From NCBI GenBank assembly GCA_001791795.1, contig MGFH01000246.1, forward strand, positions 958 through 64,957: DNA of 64,000 nucleotides, in the 5' to 3' direction. Of this stretch, positions 1 to 8,776 are shown in pieces; position 1 is the stretch's first letter, and each line of letters opens with the position of its first letter. Under the pieces are notes generated by a model. It made no database searches. It was not told where the DNA came from and saw nothing but the letters and a program-made list of their open reading frames with translations. The DNA is from Candidatus Wallbacteria bacterium GWC2_49_35 (GTDB taxonomy: Bacteria; Muiribacteriota; UBA9980). Position numbers and translations under genes: made by a program.

Positions 1-826
1 CGATCATCACATCGCCTATTTTCGCGCCGATAGCGCCGGCGCCCATGCTGCAGAGTATGCGGCGAAGATCGCCGTCGGTGAGTATCCCCAGGAGTTTTCC
101 GTCTTCGCCGGTGACGACCACGGTGCCGAGCTTTTTGCGCGACATCATCGGAAGCGCCTCTATCAGCGGCATATCGGCGGGCGCGGCGGGCATCTCGTCG
201 CCGGTGTGCATGAGGTCGGAAACCTTTATCAGCAGTCTTCTTCCGAGCGAGCCGCCCGGATGGAGCGTGGCGAAATCCTTAGGCCTGAAATCTTTGAGTC
301 TGGTTAAAACTATGGCGATAGCGTCGCCTATGGCCAGCGTCATCGTGGTCGAGGTCGTCGGCGCCAGATTGAACGGACACGCTTCGCTCTCGTATATGAG
401 GGGCAGTACAATGTCTGCGTTTTTAGCGAGCTCCGAGCCGGTATTGTGCGTGATCGCGATTATCTTCGCGCCGATTCTTTTAGCGTACGGTATTATTTCG
501 ATCAATTCGCGAGTTCCGCCGCTATTGCTGATCATCAGCAGCACGTCGCTGGGCTTTATCATGCCCAGATCGCCGTGGAGCGCCTCGGAGGCGTGCATGA
601 AGACCGAAGGCGTGCCGAGCGAGGACATGGTGGCCGCGATCTTTCGGCCGACGAGCCCGGATTTACCCATTCCTACGACGATGAGCATGCCGCTGGAATT
701 GTGAATGAGCCTGACCGCCTGAAGGTAGTTGTCGCCGATGTGGTCGGCGAGCCCCGTCAGCGCGGCGCTTTCATGCGCGAGAATGCCGCGCACTTCGGAT
801 ATTACATCTATGAAAACGTCTTCCAT
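1..826 (-). CDS. kdsD: Arabinose-5-phosphate isomerase KdsD (SIS + CBS domains), C-terminus truncated by window edge
   Basis: Manual minus-strand translation from ATG at 826: MEDVFIDVISEVRGILAHESAALTG...GMGKSGLVGRKIAATMSSLGTPSVFMHASEALHGDLGMI... shows the SIS-domain motifs of KpsF/KdsD. It runs to the window edge without a stop. The ORF track shows only spurious + frames here. It lies 11 nt downstream of the kdsA stop. Confidence 0.85.
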   Translation of the reverse strand, partial: MEDVFIDVISEVRGILAHESAALTGLADHIGDNYLQAVRLIHNSSGMLIVVGMGKSGLVGRKIAATMSSLGTPSVFMHASEALHGDLGMIKPSDVLLMISNSGGTRELIEIIPYAKRIGAKIIAITHNTGSELAKNADIVLPLIYESEACPFNLAPTTSTTMTLAIGDAIAIVLTRLKDFRPKDFATLHPGGSLGRRLLIKVSDLMHTGDEMPAAPADMPLIEALPMMSRKKLGTVVVTGEDGKLLGILTDGDLRRILCSMGAGAIGAKIGDVMI

Positions 827-837
827 TCTGGATCATC

Positions 838-1677
838 TCAAATTCTATTATAAATTCCGGCGCCAAGTTCGTTAAGCTGCCTCATAAGTTCGGTAAAAAG
901 AGTGAAATCGAGCATATTCGGCCCGTCGCAAAGCGCACTGTCGGGGTCCGGGTGCGCCTCGAGGAAAAGCCCGTCGACGCCCATGGCGTAAGCCGAGCGG
1001 GCGTAGGGCAGGACGAGTTCGCGCACTCCGCCCGATGTGCCGCCCGTCGCGGAAGGCATCTGCACGCAGTGCGTCGCGTCGAAGACGACAGGAAAACCGG
1101 TCTTTCTCATAAAGTAAAGCGAGCGCGGGTCGAACACTAGGTTGTTATAGCCGAACGAATACCCGCGTTCCGTAAGGATGACGCGGTCATTGCCTGCTTC
1201 GAGCGCCTTTTCAACCATATAACGCGCGTCGCCGGGCGCTACGAACTGGCCCTTTTTGATATTAACGCATTTTCCGGAGCGCGCCACGGCTGCTATAAAA
1301 TCGGTCTGACGGCACAAAAACGCCGGCACCTGAAGTATGTCGGCCACTTCGGCGGCAGGCCCTATCTGCGACGCTTCGTGAACGTCGACAAGCACCGGCA
1401 CCGCGTGTTTTTTTTTGACCTCGGCGATCATTTCAAGGCCTTTTTCGAGCCCGGGGCCGCGGTAGCCTTTGAGCGACGTCCGGTTCGCCTTGTCGTACGA
1501 TGTTTTAAAAACATAACTGAAACCGGCCTTTTCAGTTTCGTTCTTGAGGAAAGAGCATGCGGCATGGAGCATATCGATATTTTCGATGACGCAGGGCCCC
1601 GCTATAATGCAAAGCCTGGAATCGCCGCCGATGAACACGTCACCGGCTATATTGATTTTTTTTGTGTCTTTTAACAA
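838..1677 (-). CDS. kdsA: 3-deoxy-8-phosphooctulonate synthase (KDO8P synthase)
   Basis: 279-aa ORF with KdsA hallmarks (IAGPCVIE..., FKTSYDKANRTS, FDATHCVQ). Adjacent to kdsD as in LPS/KDO operons. Confidence 0.9.
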   Translation of the reverse strand: MLKDTKKINIAGDVFIGGDSRLCIIAGPCVIENIDMLHAACSFLKNETEKAGFSYVFKTSYDKANRTSLKGYRGPGLEKGLEMIAEVKKKHAVPVLVDVHEASQIGPAAEVADILQVPAFLCRQTDFIAAVARSGKCVNIKKGQFVAPGDARYMVEKALEAGNDRVILTERGYSFGYNNLVFDPRSLYFMRKTGFPVVFDATHCVQMPSATGGTSGGVRELVLPYARSAYAMGVDGLFLEAHPDPDSALCDGPNMLDFTLFTELMRQLNELGAGIYNRI

Positions 1678-1733
1678 GCCAAAACCTCCGGAACAATATT
1701 TTACCAGATATTTCTTACAATTACAAGCGGCTT

Positions 1734-2672
1734 TTATTTAAGCCCGCTCAGCCGGTAATGGCCGCCCAGTTCGCGCGCGATCAGAATGTAGTCTTCGCAC
1801 GAAATTTCCTCGGCGCGCGCCAGCGCCGACAGCCCTATGTTTTCGAAAATACCCGTGAATATATGCTTGAGCGCCGATTTTTTCAAAAATTCGACGAACA
1901 GGCCATCGTATCCGTTAATTTCGCCCAGCCGTCCGATATTGTTGGCGATCGCGCTGACGGCGACCTTGCGCCTCTGGTTGAAGGCGGATTTGACTATCGC
2001 GAAAAAAATTTCCTCGCTGAAATCTTCTCCGGCAGTGCGCTCGAAGGGTTCCAGCCTGACGAGCGCCGACTCCACGTCGGGCGCGGGATAAAAACAGGTC
2101 GAAGGTATTTTTTGTATTATGGACGGCTTTGATTTAAGGGCGCAAGCCACACTCAAAATGCCATATGCCTTCGTCGACGGACGCGCGGCTATACGCTCGG
2201 CCACGTCCCTTTGCATAAGAAGGTAAACGTCAGTGAACCGAACGCCAGAATACAATATTTTTTCGATTATCTGCGAGGTTATGTAGTAAGGGATATTGGC
2301 GACAACCTTTATTTTATCGTATTTGATATTATTGGCCGCCGCGGTTTCTGATATGACCATGGCGAGGTCGGCCTTTAAAAAGTCGAGCTGATGGAACGAA
2401 GCGTTCGAACCGTTAAAATATTTATCGTATATTTTGAACAGGTTCCTGTCTGTTTCGAAAGCTATAACGAAAGCGGCGGCCGAAGCGAGTCTCGCCGTAA
2501 GGTTTCCGGGCCCGGAGCCGATCTCGATGACAAGGTCGGTCTTTTCAATGCCGGCGGATTCAGCGATCTTATCGAGGGCATTGTTGTCGATGAGAAAACA
2601 CTGCCCGTATTTTTTATCGCAGTCGATATTGAATTCCTTGATGATGCCCATTATCGATGAAGGATAAGCCAT
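1734..2672 (-). CDS. rsmA: 16S rRNA (adenine1518/1519-N6)-dimethyltransferase RsmA/KsgA with C-terminal extension
   Basis: 312-aa ORF with the KsgA N-terminal motif (KKYGQCFLIDNNALDKI) and SAM-binding region (VIEIGSGPGNLT). Longer than the typical ~270 aa. Confidence 0.8.
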   Translation of the reverse strand: MAYPSSIMGIIKEFNIDCDKKYGQCFLIDNNALDKIAESAGIEKTDLVIEIGSGPGNLTARLASAAAFVIAFETDRNLFKIYDKYFNGSNASFHQLDFLKADLAMVISETAAANNIKYDKIKVVANIPYYITSQIIEKILYSGVRFTDVYLLMQRDVAERIAARPSTKAYGILSVACALKSKPSIIQKIPSTCFYPAPDVESALVRLEPFERTAGEDFSEEIFFAIVKSAFNQRRKVAVSAIANNIGRLGEINGYDGLFVEFLKKSALKHIFTGIFENIGLSALARAEEISCEDYILIARELGGHYRLSGLK

Positions 2673-2675
2673 ATA

Positions 2676-2927
2676 TCAAAGCCCGCGTTCGCTTACGCTG
2701 ATATCGTCGGGCGAAACGACGTTTCCATCGCGCAGCTTGAGTATTTTTATATGCAGGGAATTTCCGGCCTGAACGAAATTAACCGTGATTTCGTCGTTCT
2801 CGGAAAGTTCCTTGCCGGATTTGGCGGGGCGGCCGTTAACCACAACAAAACCGCCGTCGCAGGCTTCCTGCGCCAGAGTGCGCCTTTTGATTATCCTGTA
2901 CAGTTTTAAAAATTTGTCCAGACGCAT
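2676..2927 (-). CDS. Small S4-domain RNA-binding protein
   Basis: 83-aa ORF starting MRLDKFLKLYRIIKRRTLAQEACDGGFVVVNGRPAKSG, the classic S4 fold motif. GGAGGG Shine-Dalgarno 8 nt upstream on the minus strand. Confidence 0.65.
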   Translation of the reverse strand: MRLDKFLKLYRIIKRRTLAQEACDGGFVVVNGRPAKSGKELSENDEITVNFVQAGNSLHIKILKLRDGNVVSPDDISVSERGL

Positions 2928-2976
2928 ATTTCAGCCCTCCGCCTTTTTCTTTGGCTATCTATATTTTTTATAATAT

Positions 2977-3004
2977 GCAGGGGCACGGCTTGCCGTGCCC
3001 CTGC
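2977..3004 (-). terminator. Perfect 12-bp stem/4-nt loop hairpin between ppiD-like stop and S4 gene start
   Basis: gcaggggcacgg-cttg-ccgtgcccctgc read directly in sequence. On the minus-strand RNA it is followed by an A/U-rich stretch (AUAUUAUAAAAAAU) rather than a clean U-run. Confidence 0.35.
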
Positions 3005-3047
3005 GATATACCGTGCCGTTATTTACGGTTGACTACTGTTGGATATA

Positions 3048-6000
3048 TTATTCGTATTTGGTGAGAATTTCAAAGTTTTCTTTTTTATAGGTCACGTCGA
3101 TCGAATTACGGAGCTCGGTCATATACTCTTTGAAAAGCTCGTTCTCTTTGGGCGTTGCCAGCAGCTGTTTTATCTCGGCGCGTTTTTCGTCGATCGAAGC
3201 GGTTTTCGCGCCTTCTTTCTCAATTACCTGAATGAGGTTATAGCCGGCGGGGGTTTTGAATACGCCCGAAACCTGGCCTATGCCGAGGTTGAACGCCGCG
3301 TTCTCGAGGGCCTGGTTTACCTGGCCGCGGGCGATAAAGCCCATGTCTCCGCCCTTGCCTTTGGTCGCGATGTCTTTCGAATGAAGAGCGGCGAGTTCGG
3401 CGAAGTCTTTCTTGTTTTTGGTGAGTTCGGTGTGTATCTTATTCGCTTCTTCTTCGCTCGCCACTACGATAATTCTGACTTTAGCGCGTTCCTGCGTGGT
3501 GTATTCGCCCTTATGCTGTTCGTAGTAGGTTTTAATTTCTTCTTCGGTGACCAGCGAGCTTCTCGAAAGCGATTCTTTGATTTTATCTTTCACTTCGGAT
3601 GCTTCTTTATAGCTGTCGGTGATCCTGTCGATCGCCTTAAAAACATGGAAGCCGAAAGACGATTTGACGATGTCGGAATAAGCGCCTTTTTCAAGGTCGA
3701 ATACCGCTTCTTCGATGGCGGGATCTATCATGGCGCCCCAGGGCATGCAGACTTCGTTCTTGAATTTATCGGAAGCCGCTTTGTCTTTGAAGCCTTCGCC
3801 TTTTACGAGCAGGCCTATTTCGCCGGAATCGTCTTTAGTGACGCCTTCGGATACGCTTTTTGCCAGCGCGCCGAAATCTTCGCCCTTCAGGGCTTTTTCT
3901 TTAGCCTCGTTGAGTTTCTTTTTGATTATCTCTTCGGTTTTAAAGTTTATATAAGCGGTTTTAAGCGCTTCTCTGGCGTCTTCGAAGGTCATGAACGAAG
4001 GTTCGTATATCTTTTCGGCCTTTAATAGAACCGCGGCCCAGGGAAGTTTGATAACTTCGCTGACCTGGCCTTCGTAGCTGAGCTTGCCGAGGGCGGTTGA
4101 AACTTCGGCCGGTATCTCATCTTCGGCCTTCTTAAGTATTTCGCCGGCAAGTTTCGATTTGTCGTAATTTTTGGGGGTCTCGCCGAGGTAAACTTTGCCG
4201 CATACCTCGCCGCTTTTAGCCGACGGGCCTTCGGAAATTTTAGCCTGCAGTTCTTCGAATTTATAGCCGCCCTTGGTCAGTTTAGCGTAGGTTTCTTCCA
4301 TAAGCGCTTCGCTCTTCGTCTTAGCGGTATCATTTTTGAATTCTTCGACTACTTCGGCCTTGCATTCTTCGTAAGGCTTGAGTTTCGCGTCGACTTTATT
4401 CGAAGCCATTATAACGTGATAACCGAGAGGGGTTTTAATTACTTCGGAAGGCGTGGTGTCGCTATTGAGCGAGAAAGCCGTGTAAAGTATATTGTCTAAT
4501 ACGCGGCCGTTCATTGCGACTTCGCCCGTAAGTTTATCCATATTTTCGACAGGTTCTTTATTGTCCTGGTAAATGGTGCCTAAAAAACCGCCGTTGGCTT
4601 TCGACGCGCCATCGGAATGCCTGGAAGCGAGCTCGGCGAAGCTTTCGCCGCCTTTGATCTTTTTGATAACATCTTCGGCAGCGGCTTTCGCTTTTTCGTC
4701 GAGCTTTTTCTCGATATAAATCTTTTTAACCTCTTCTTTTACCTCGTCGAACGGCTTCGAATAAGCGGTTTTCTGCTCGACCGATTTGATTATGTGATGG
4801 CCGAACTGGGTTTTTACGGGACCGGTTATCTCGCCTATTTTGAGCGCGAACGCCGCGTCGGAAAATTCTTTTACCATCATATCGCGCTTGAAGAAGCCGA
4901 GGTCGCCGCCTTTTTCTTTAGAGGGGCAGGTGGATTCGGCTTTAGCGAGTTCTTCGAAATTGGCGCCGGCGTCGATCTTCTTTTTGAGTTCGACCGCGTG
5001 CGTTTCGTCTTTTACGAGTATATGGGAGGCTTTTACCTCGTCAGTCTGGTTATAGAATGCAAGAAGGTCGTCGTCCGTCGGGTTCATCGCATCGACGCGC
5101 TCTTTCGATTTAGGGTCGATGAGGATGTTCTTGAGGTCGATATGCGCTCTGGTGGTGAATTTAGGAGTATTCTTGTGATAGAATTCGACCGCTTCGGTTT
5201 CGGAAACGGTTACGCCGTCGCGCAATTCTTTGCTGTCGTAAGGCTTTACGATCGCTTTTATCTCGAAATTGCGGGGAGTTTTATATTTGTCTTTGTTCTC
5301 TTCGTGATATTTTTTAAGTTCTTCGTCGGTCGGGTTTATCGATTTTTTAACCGCTTCGGAATCGGATTTGATGAATATATGCGCCAGGTTCATCGTGAGC
5401 GGATTTTTGTAGCGGCCCCTGTGCTGCTGATAATATAAATTGATGTCGTCGTCCGAAACGTTTTTGAGTAACTGAGCGCGGATAGCGTCTTTTACTTCGT
5501 TTAACGGTTTAACGATCTCTGTTTCCTTCGATTCGCCGGGCAGGGTCTTCATTTCGGCGTACTCTTTCTGATGTTCGGCATAGTATTTGTTAATGGCTTC
5601 TTCAGACACTTCGCGCGGCTTGGAAAGCTGGCGCTTCAGAAGTTTTTCCTGAACCTGGGGCCTCAGGCGTTCTTCGAGGATCTCGCGTGTCATGCCGCTA
5701 TTTTTAAGATAATCGGCCATCTGCTGTTTGTCGGGGAATATCTTGTTGATCTCTTCTTCGTAATCGGCGGGAGTGGGAGCGATTTTCTTCGACTTGTTTT
5801 CCGCCATTTTGACCTCGATGATCTGATTAAGGAGTTCTTCGCGCTGCTTTTTGCCTGAATAAACCTTGCGGAAGTTTTCATCCTGACGGTGGAATATATC
5901 GTAATAATCACCGGCGGTGATATCCATTACCTCGTCGGTCGAAGCTTTGACGCTGGCGAGAACCTTCTTGTAATCGGCGTCGGAAACCTTCTGCTTGTTC

Positions 6001-6158
6001 ATGTTTTTAAGATCTTCGACGGCCTGCTGCTGCTGCTGGTTCAAATGGAAGGTACCCGCGAAGATAAATATGGACAGTACGAACGCTGCGACTACCGCCC
6101 ATATTACAATTTTGACAATAACGTTGCTTTTCGAGAAAAAAATTGACCCCTGATGCAT
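3048..6158 (-). CDS. ppiD: Periplasmic chaperone / peptidyl-prolyl isomerase, PpiD-like, with N-terminal membrane anchor and at least three parvulin-type PPIase domains
   Basis: Track ORF 3048..6179 uses a TTG start. ATG at 6158 (MHQGSIFF...) has GAAGGGAG 11 nt upstream, so the start was trimmed. N-terminal TM (IVKIVIWAVVAAFVLSIFIFAG). Repeated parvulin signatures (AHIFIKSD..., ASHILVKDETHAVELKKKIDAGANFEELAKAES...GDLGFF, RAKVRIIVV...GGDMGFIARGQ). Confidence 0.8.
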   Translation of the reverse strand: MHQGSIFFSKSNVIVKIVIWAVVAAFVLSIFIFAGTFHLNQQQQQAVEDLKNMNKQKVSDADYKKVLASVKASTDEVMDITAGDYYDIFHRQDENFRKVYSGKKQREELLNQIIEVKMAENKSKKIAPTPADYEEEINKIFPDKQQMADYLKNSGMTREILEERLRPQVQEKLLKRQLSKPREVSEEAINKYYAEHQKEYAEMKTLPGESKETEIVKPLNEVKDAIRAQLLKNVSDDDINLYYQQHRGRYKNPLTMNLAHIFIKSDSEAVKKSINPTDEELKKYHEENKDKYKTPRNFEIKAIVKPYDSKELRDGVTVSETEAVEFYHKNTPKFTTRAHIDLKNILIDPKSKERVDAMNPTDDDLLAFYNQTDEVKASHILVKDETHAVELKKKIDAGANFEELAKAESTCPSKEKGGDLGFFKRDMMVKEFSDAAFALKIGEITGPVKTQFGHHIIKSVEQKTAYSKPFDEVKEEVKKIYIEKKLDEKAKAAAEDVIKKIKGGESFAELASRHSDGASKANGGFLGTIYQDNKEPVENMDKLTGEVAMNGRVLDNILYTAFSLNSDTTPSEVIKTPLGYHVIMASNKVDAKLKPYEECKAEVVEEFKNDTAKTKSEALMEETYAKLTKGGYKFEELQAKISEGPSAKSGEVCGKVYLGETPKNYDKSKLAGEILKKAEDEIPAEVSTALGKLSYEGQVSEVIKLPWAAVLLKAEKIYEPSFMTFEDAREALKTAYINFKTEEIIKKKLNEAKEKALKGEDFGALAKSVSEGVTKDDSGEIGLLVKGEGFKDKAASDKFKNEVCMPWGAMIDPAIEEAVFDLEKGAYSDIVKSSFGFHVFKAIDRITDSYKEASEVKDKIKESLSRSSLVTEEEIKTYYEQHKGEYTTQERAKVRIIVVASEEEANKIHTELTKNKKDFAELAALHSKDIATKGKGGDMGFIARGQVNQALENAAFNLGIGQVSGVFKTPAGYNLIQVIEKEGAKTASIDEKRAEIKQLLATPKENELFKEYMTELRNSIDVTYKKENFEILTKYE

Positions 6159-6237
6159 GGAAATAATTTCTCCCTTCAAATTTATACTTTAATTTTTTAC
6201 TAAAACATACCCTTCGACTTTAAATTTAAATGTCGTG

Positions 6238-6266
6238 AATATATCAAACTTTTAATATTTTGTCAA
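6238..6266 (-). promoter_or_regulatory. Sigma70-like promoter for ppiD-like gene (TTGACA-N17-TATATT on minus strand)
   Basis: Plus-strand tgtcaa at 6261-6266 (RC TTGACA), 17-nt spacer, aatata at 6238-6243 (RC TATATT). About 70 nt upstream of the start. Confidence 0.35.
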
Positions 6267-6293
6267 TATTTTTATAATTTTTTAGATAAATTG

Positions 6294-6322
6294 TTTACAA
6301 GTTCGGCATTGTATTGTATAAT
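6294..6322 (+). promoter_or_regulatory. Sigma70-like promoter for pullulanase gene (TTTACA-N17-TATAAT)
   Basis: tttaca 6294-6299, 17-nt spacer, tataat 6317-6322. AT-rich divergent intergenic region. GGGGGGAA Shine-Dalgarno 6 nt before the ATG at 6415. Confidence 0.4.
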
Positions 6323-6414
6323 TGATGTAAGATTTTTAATACCTTTAATCTTGCATTTGTGATTTTTGAGTTTTAATTTTTGTATAAAAAAAATAAATAT
6401 GGGGGGAATCTGTC

Positions 6415-8736
6415 ATGAAGAATTTAGTATCCAGAAGGTTTTTAACCCTGCTTTCGGTTTTGGTTTTCTTTTTCGCTTCGGCCTGCGCTTCATTCGCCCA
6501 GCAGCAGTCGGACGGCTTCACCAAGGCCCTCGACAACCTCGCGCGCGACATCTCCCAGTCGTCCAGCAACGTCCTCTCCGGAGGCGCCGGCGCCGATATC
6601 GATAAATTATCAGACGAAGTTTTCAGCCGCCTCGAAGGCGTAAGCCTTGACGAGATACGCTCCTTCATATCTAACGTCAACACGCCGATGCAGCTCGAAT
6701 ACGTGCTCGAATCGGCCTCGGCGTTCGCGTCGAAAAACCAGAAGCTCCCATACGTTTTAGCTTCGCTTAAAACGATAAAGCTGCTGGACGAAAAAACCAG
6801 ATTTTTAATAACGCAGTCGTCCGACCAGCAAGAACTGCTCGCGGTCTCACGCAAAGCATCCGAAGCCGTCCGCCGGCTCTCTTCGCAGAAAAATATCATG
6901 GCAAAAAGCGAAGTCGAGTCCATCTCGAAAAACGTTACCGTCAAATCGGGGGCCCCCGCAAAAAGCCCCGCAAGGACGGCCGCGAAATTAAAACAGGGCG
7001 CCAACTATTACGCCGACACCAACACGACCACGTTCGCTATAAGCGCGCCGCGCGCGACATCCGTGAAACTTTCAATTTTCGATTCGGCCGACGCTAAAAC
7101 CGGCAAGGAATACGAAATGAAAAAGACCGCCGAAGGCGTATGGTATCTTGCTTTCAGCCAGAAACTCACCGGAAAATTCTACGGCTATCACATAGACGGC
7201 CCCGCCGGCAAAGGCGAAAGATTTAATCCCAAAAACCTTCTTTCCGACCCCTACGCATACGCCAACGACGGCAGCTACGGCAAGAGCGTCGTCGTCGACA
7301 ACGCCTACAACTGGACCTCCGATTTCAAAACTCCCGACATAAAAGACATAGTAGTCTACGAAATGCACATAAAAAGTTATACCTCGCATTCGTCTTCGGG
7401 CGTTCCCGCCGATAAGCGCGGAAAATATCTCGGCCTTCTCGAGGGCGCTTCGTCCGAAAAGGTTCTCGGCAACTTAAAAGAGCTCGGCGTCAACGCGGTA
7501 GAGCTGCTTCCCGTTCACGAATTCGACAACAAGGCCGCGCCTTCGGGCGTTAATTACTGGGGCTACATGACCACCCATTTCATGGCGCCCGAATCCTCCT
7601 ACGCCTCTTCTCCCGAAGGCAAGCAGGTCGCCGAACTCAAAAAGCTCATAGACGGCCTTCATAAAAACGGCATAGCCGTCATTCTCGACGTGGTTTACAA
7701 TCATACCGCCGAAGGCAACGAACAGGGCCCCACCTTCAACTTCAAAGGCGTCGATAACCATGAATATTACAGGCTCTGCGCTAATCCCGACTTCTACTGG
7801 AACGGCACCGGCTGCGGCAACGAGTTCCGCACCGACAGCGCTCTCGGCCGCCGTTACGTGGTCGAGACCCTCATGCACTGGGTAAAAGAGTACAAAATAG
7901 ACGGCTTCCGCTTCGATCTGGCAACCATCATCGACAAAGAAACCATGATGGCCATAAACAACACGCTTCCCAAAAACGTCATTTTAATAGCCGAACCCTG
8001 GGCGGCCGACTGGAACCGCAACCAGTGGTCGAAGGGCGACTTCAGAAACACGCGCTGGGCTAAATGGAACGACGACTTCAAGAACAACGTCAGAAATTTC
8101 GCGTCGGGCAAGGCCAACCGCGACAATATGATGACGCTCATCTGCGGCACCTGCTACTGGTGGGCCGGCAAACCGACGGAAACCGTTAATTTCGTCGAAT
8201 GCCACGACAACGCAACCATGATGGACGCCTGTGGCGGCAACCAGAAAATAGCCATGCTCGCCGGCCTTATAACGCTTACCTCGCAGGGCATACCCATGCT
8301 GCACGAAGGCCAGGAATTTTTGAAGACCAAATTCGGAAACGACAATTCCTACGACCAGGACAACGAGATCAACCACATCAACTGGGCGCTCAAAGCCAAA
8401 AATAAAAAAGCCTTCGATTTCTTCGCTGGCCTCATAAAGATCAGAAAAACCTTCCCGCAGTTCAGAAACGACCGCCCTCTCGGCGACAAAGACATCAAAT
8501 GGCTGCTCGTCGACAATCATAACGGCCTCGGCTATCAGCTTTTCGGCAAAGAAAACGACGTCCTGGTCCTTCTTAACGGCGATCAGAACAACTGGATCAA
8601 ATTCGGCCTGCCGGACGATAAAGAATGGAAAGTGCTCTGCAACGGCGCCGAAGTAAATCCCGCGGGCCTCGCGGCCGCTAAAGGCGATTATTCGGTCCCG
8701 CCCGTATCCGGCGTTATACTCATGAGAAAAAAGTAA
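6415..8736 (+). CDS. Secreted GH13 pullulanase / glycogen-debranching-type alpha-1,6-glucosidase
   Basis: Signal peptide (LLSVLVFFFASACASFAQQ). GH13 catalytic regions: DVVYNHT, GFRFDLA (nucleophile region), EPW (acid/base), ECHDN. Debranching-type N-domain (YGYHIDGP...). Confidence 0.85.
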   Translation: MKNLVSRRFLTLLSVLVFFFASACASFAQQQSDGFTKALDNLARDISQSSSNVLSGGAGADIDKLSDEVFSRLEGVSLDEIRSFISNVNTPMQLEYVLESASAFASKNQKLPYVLASLKTIKLLDEKTRFLITQSSDQQELLAVSRKASEAVRRLSSQKNIMAKSEVESISKNVTVKSGAPAKSPARTAAKLKQGANYYADTNTTTFAISAPRATSVKLSIFDSADAKTGKEYEMKKTAEGVWYLAFSQKLTGKFYGYHIDGPAGKGERFNPKNLLSDPYAYANDGSYGKSVVVDNAYNWTSDFKTPDIKDIVVYEMHIKSYTSHSSSGVPADKRGKYLGLLEGASSEKVLGNLKELGVNAVELLPVHEFDNKAAPSGVNYWGYMTTHFMAPESSYASSPEGKQVAELKKLIDGLHKNGIAVILDVVYNHTAEGNEQGPTFNFKGVDNHEYYRLCANPDFYWNGTGCGNEFRTDSALGRRYVVETLMHWVKEYKIDGFRFDLATIIDKETMMAINNTLPKNVILIAEPWAADWNRNQWSKGDFRNTRWAKWNDDFKNNVRNFASGKANRDNMMTLICGTCYWWAGKPTETVNFVECHDNATMMDACGGNQKIAMLAGLITLTSQGIPMLHEGQEFLKTKFGNDNSYDQDNEINHINWALKAKNKKAFDFFAGLIKIRKTFPQFRNDRPLGDKDIKWLLVDNHNGLGYQLFGKENDVLVLLNGDQNNWIKFGLPDDKEWKVLCNGAEVNPAGLAAAKGDYSVPPVSGVILMRKK

Positions 8737-8776
8737 TATAAAAAAATCATAAAAAGACGGTTGGTGTACATAAACG

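Noticed and set aside
45-853. Plus-strand ORFs 45..704 and 446..853 from the track
   Set aside because: Low-complexity Ser/Pro/Arg-rich translations. The minus strand here encodes a clean KdsD (SIS domain) protein continuous with the kdsA operon. The plus ORFs are antisense artefacts.
3039-5438. Long plus-strand ORFs 3039..4025 and 4617..5438 (Phe/Leu/Val/Arg-rich)
   Set aside because: Antisense of the Lys/Glu-rich ppiD-like gene (AAA/GAA codons read as TTT/TTC). No motifs. Typical shadow ORFs.
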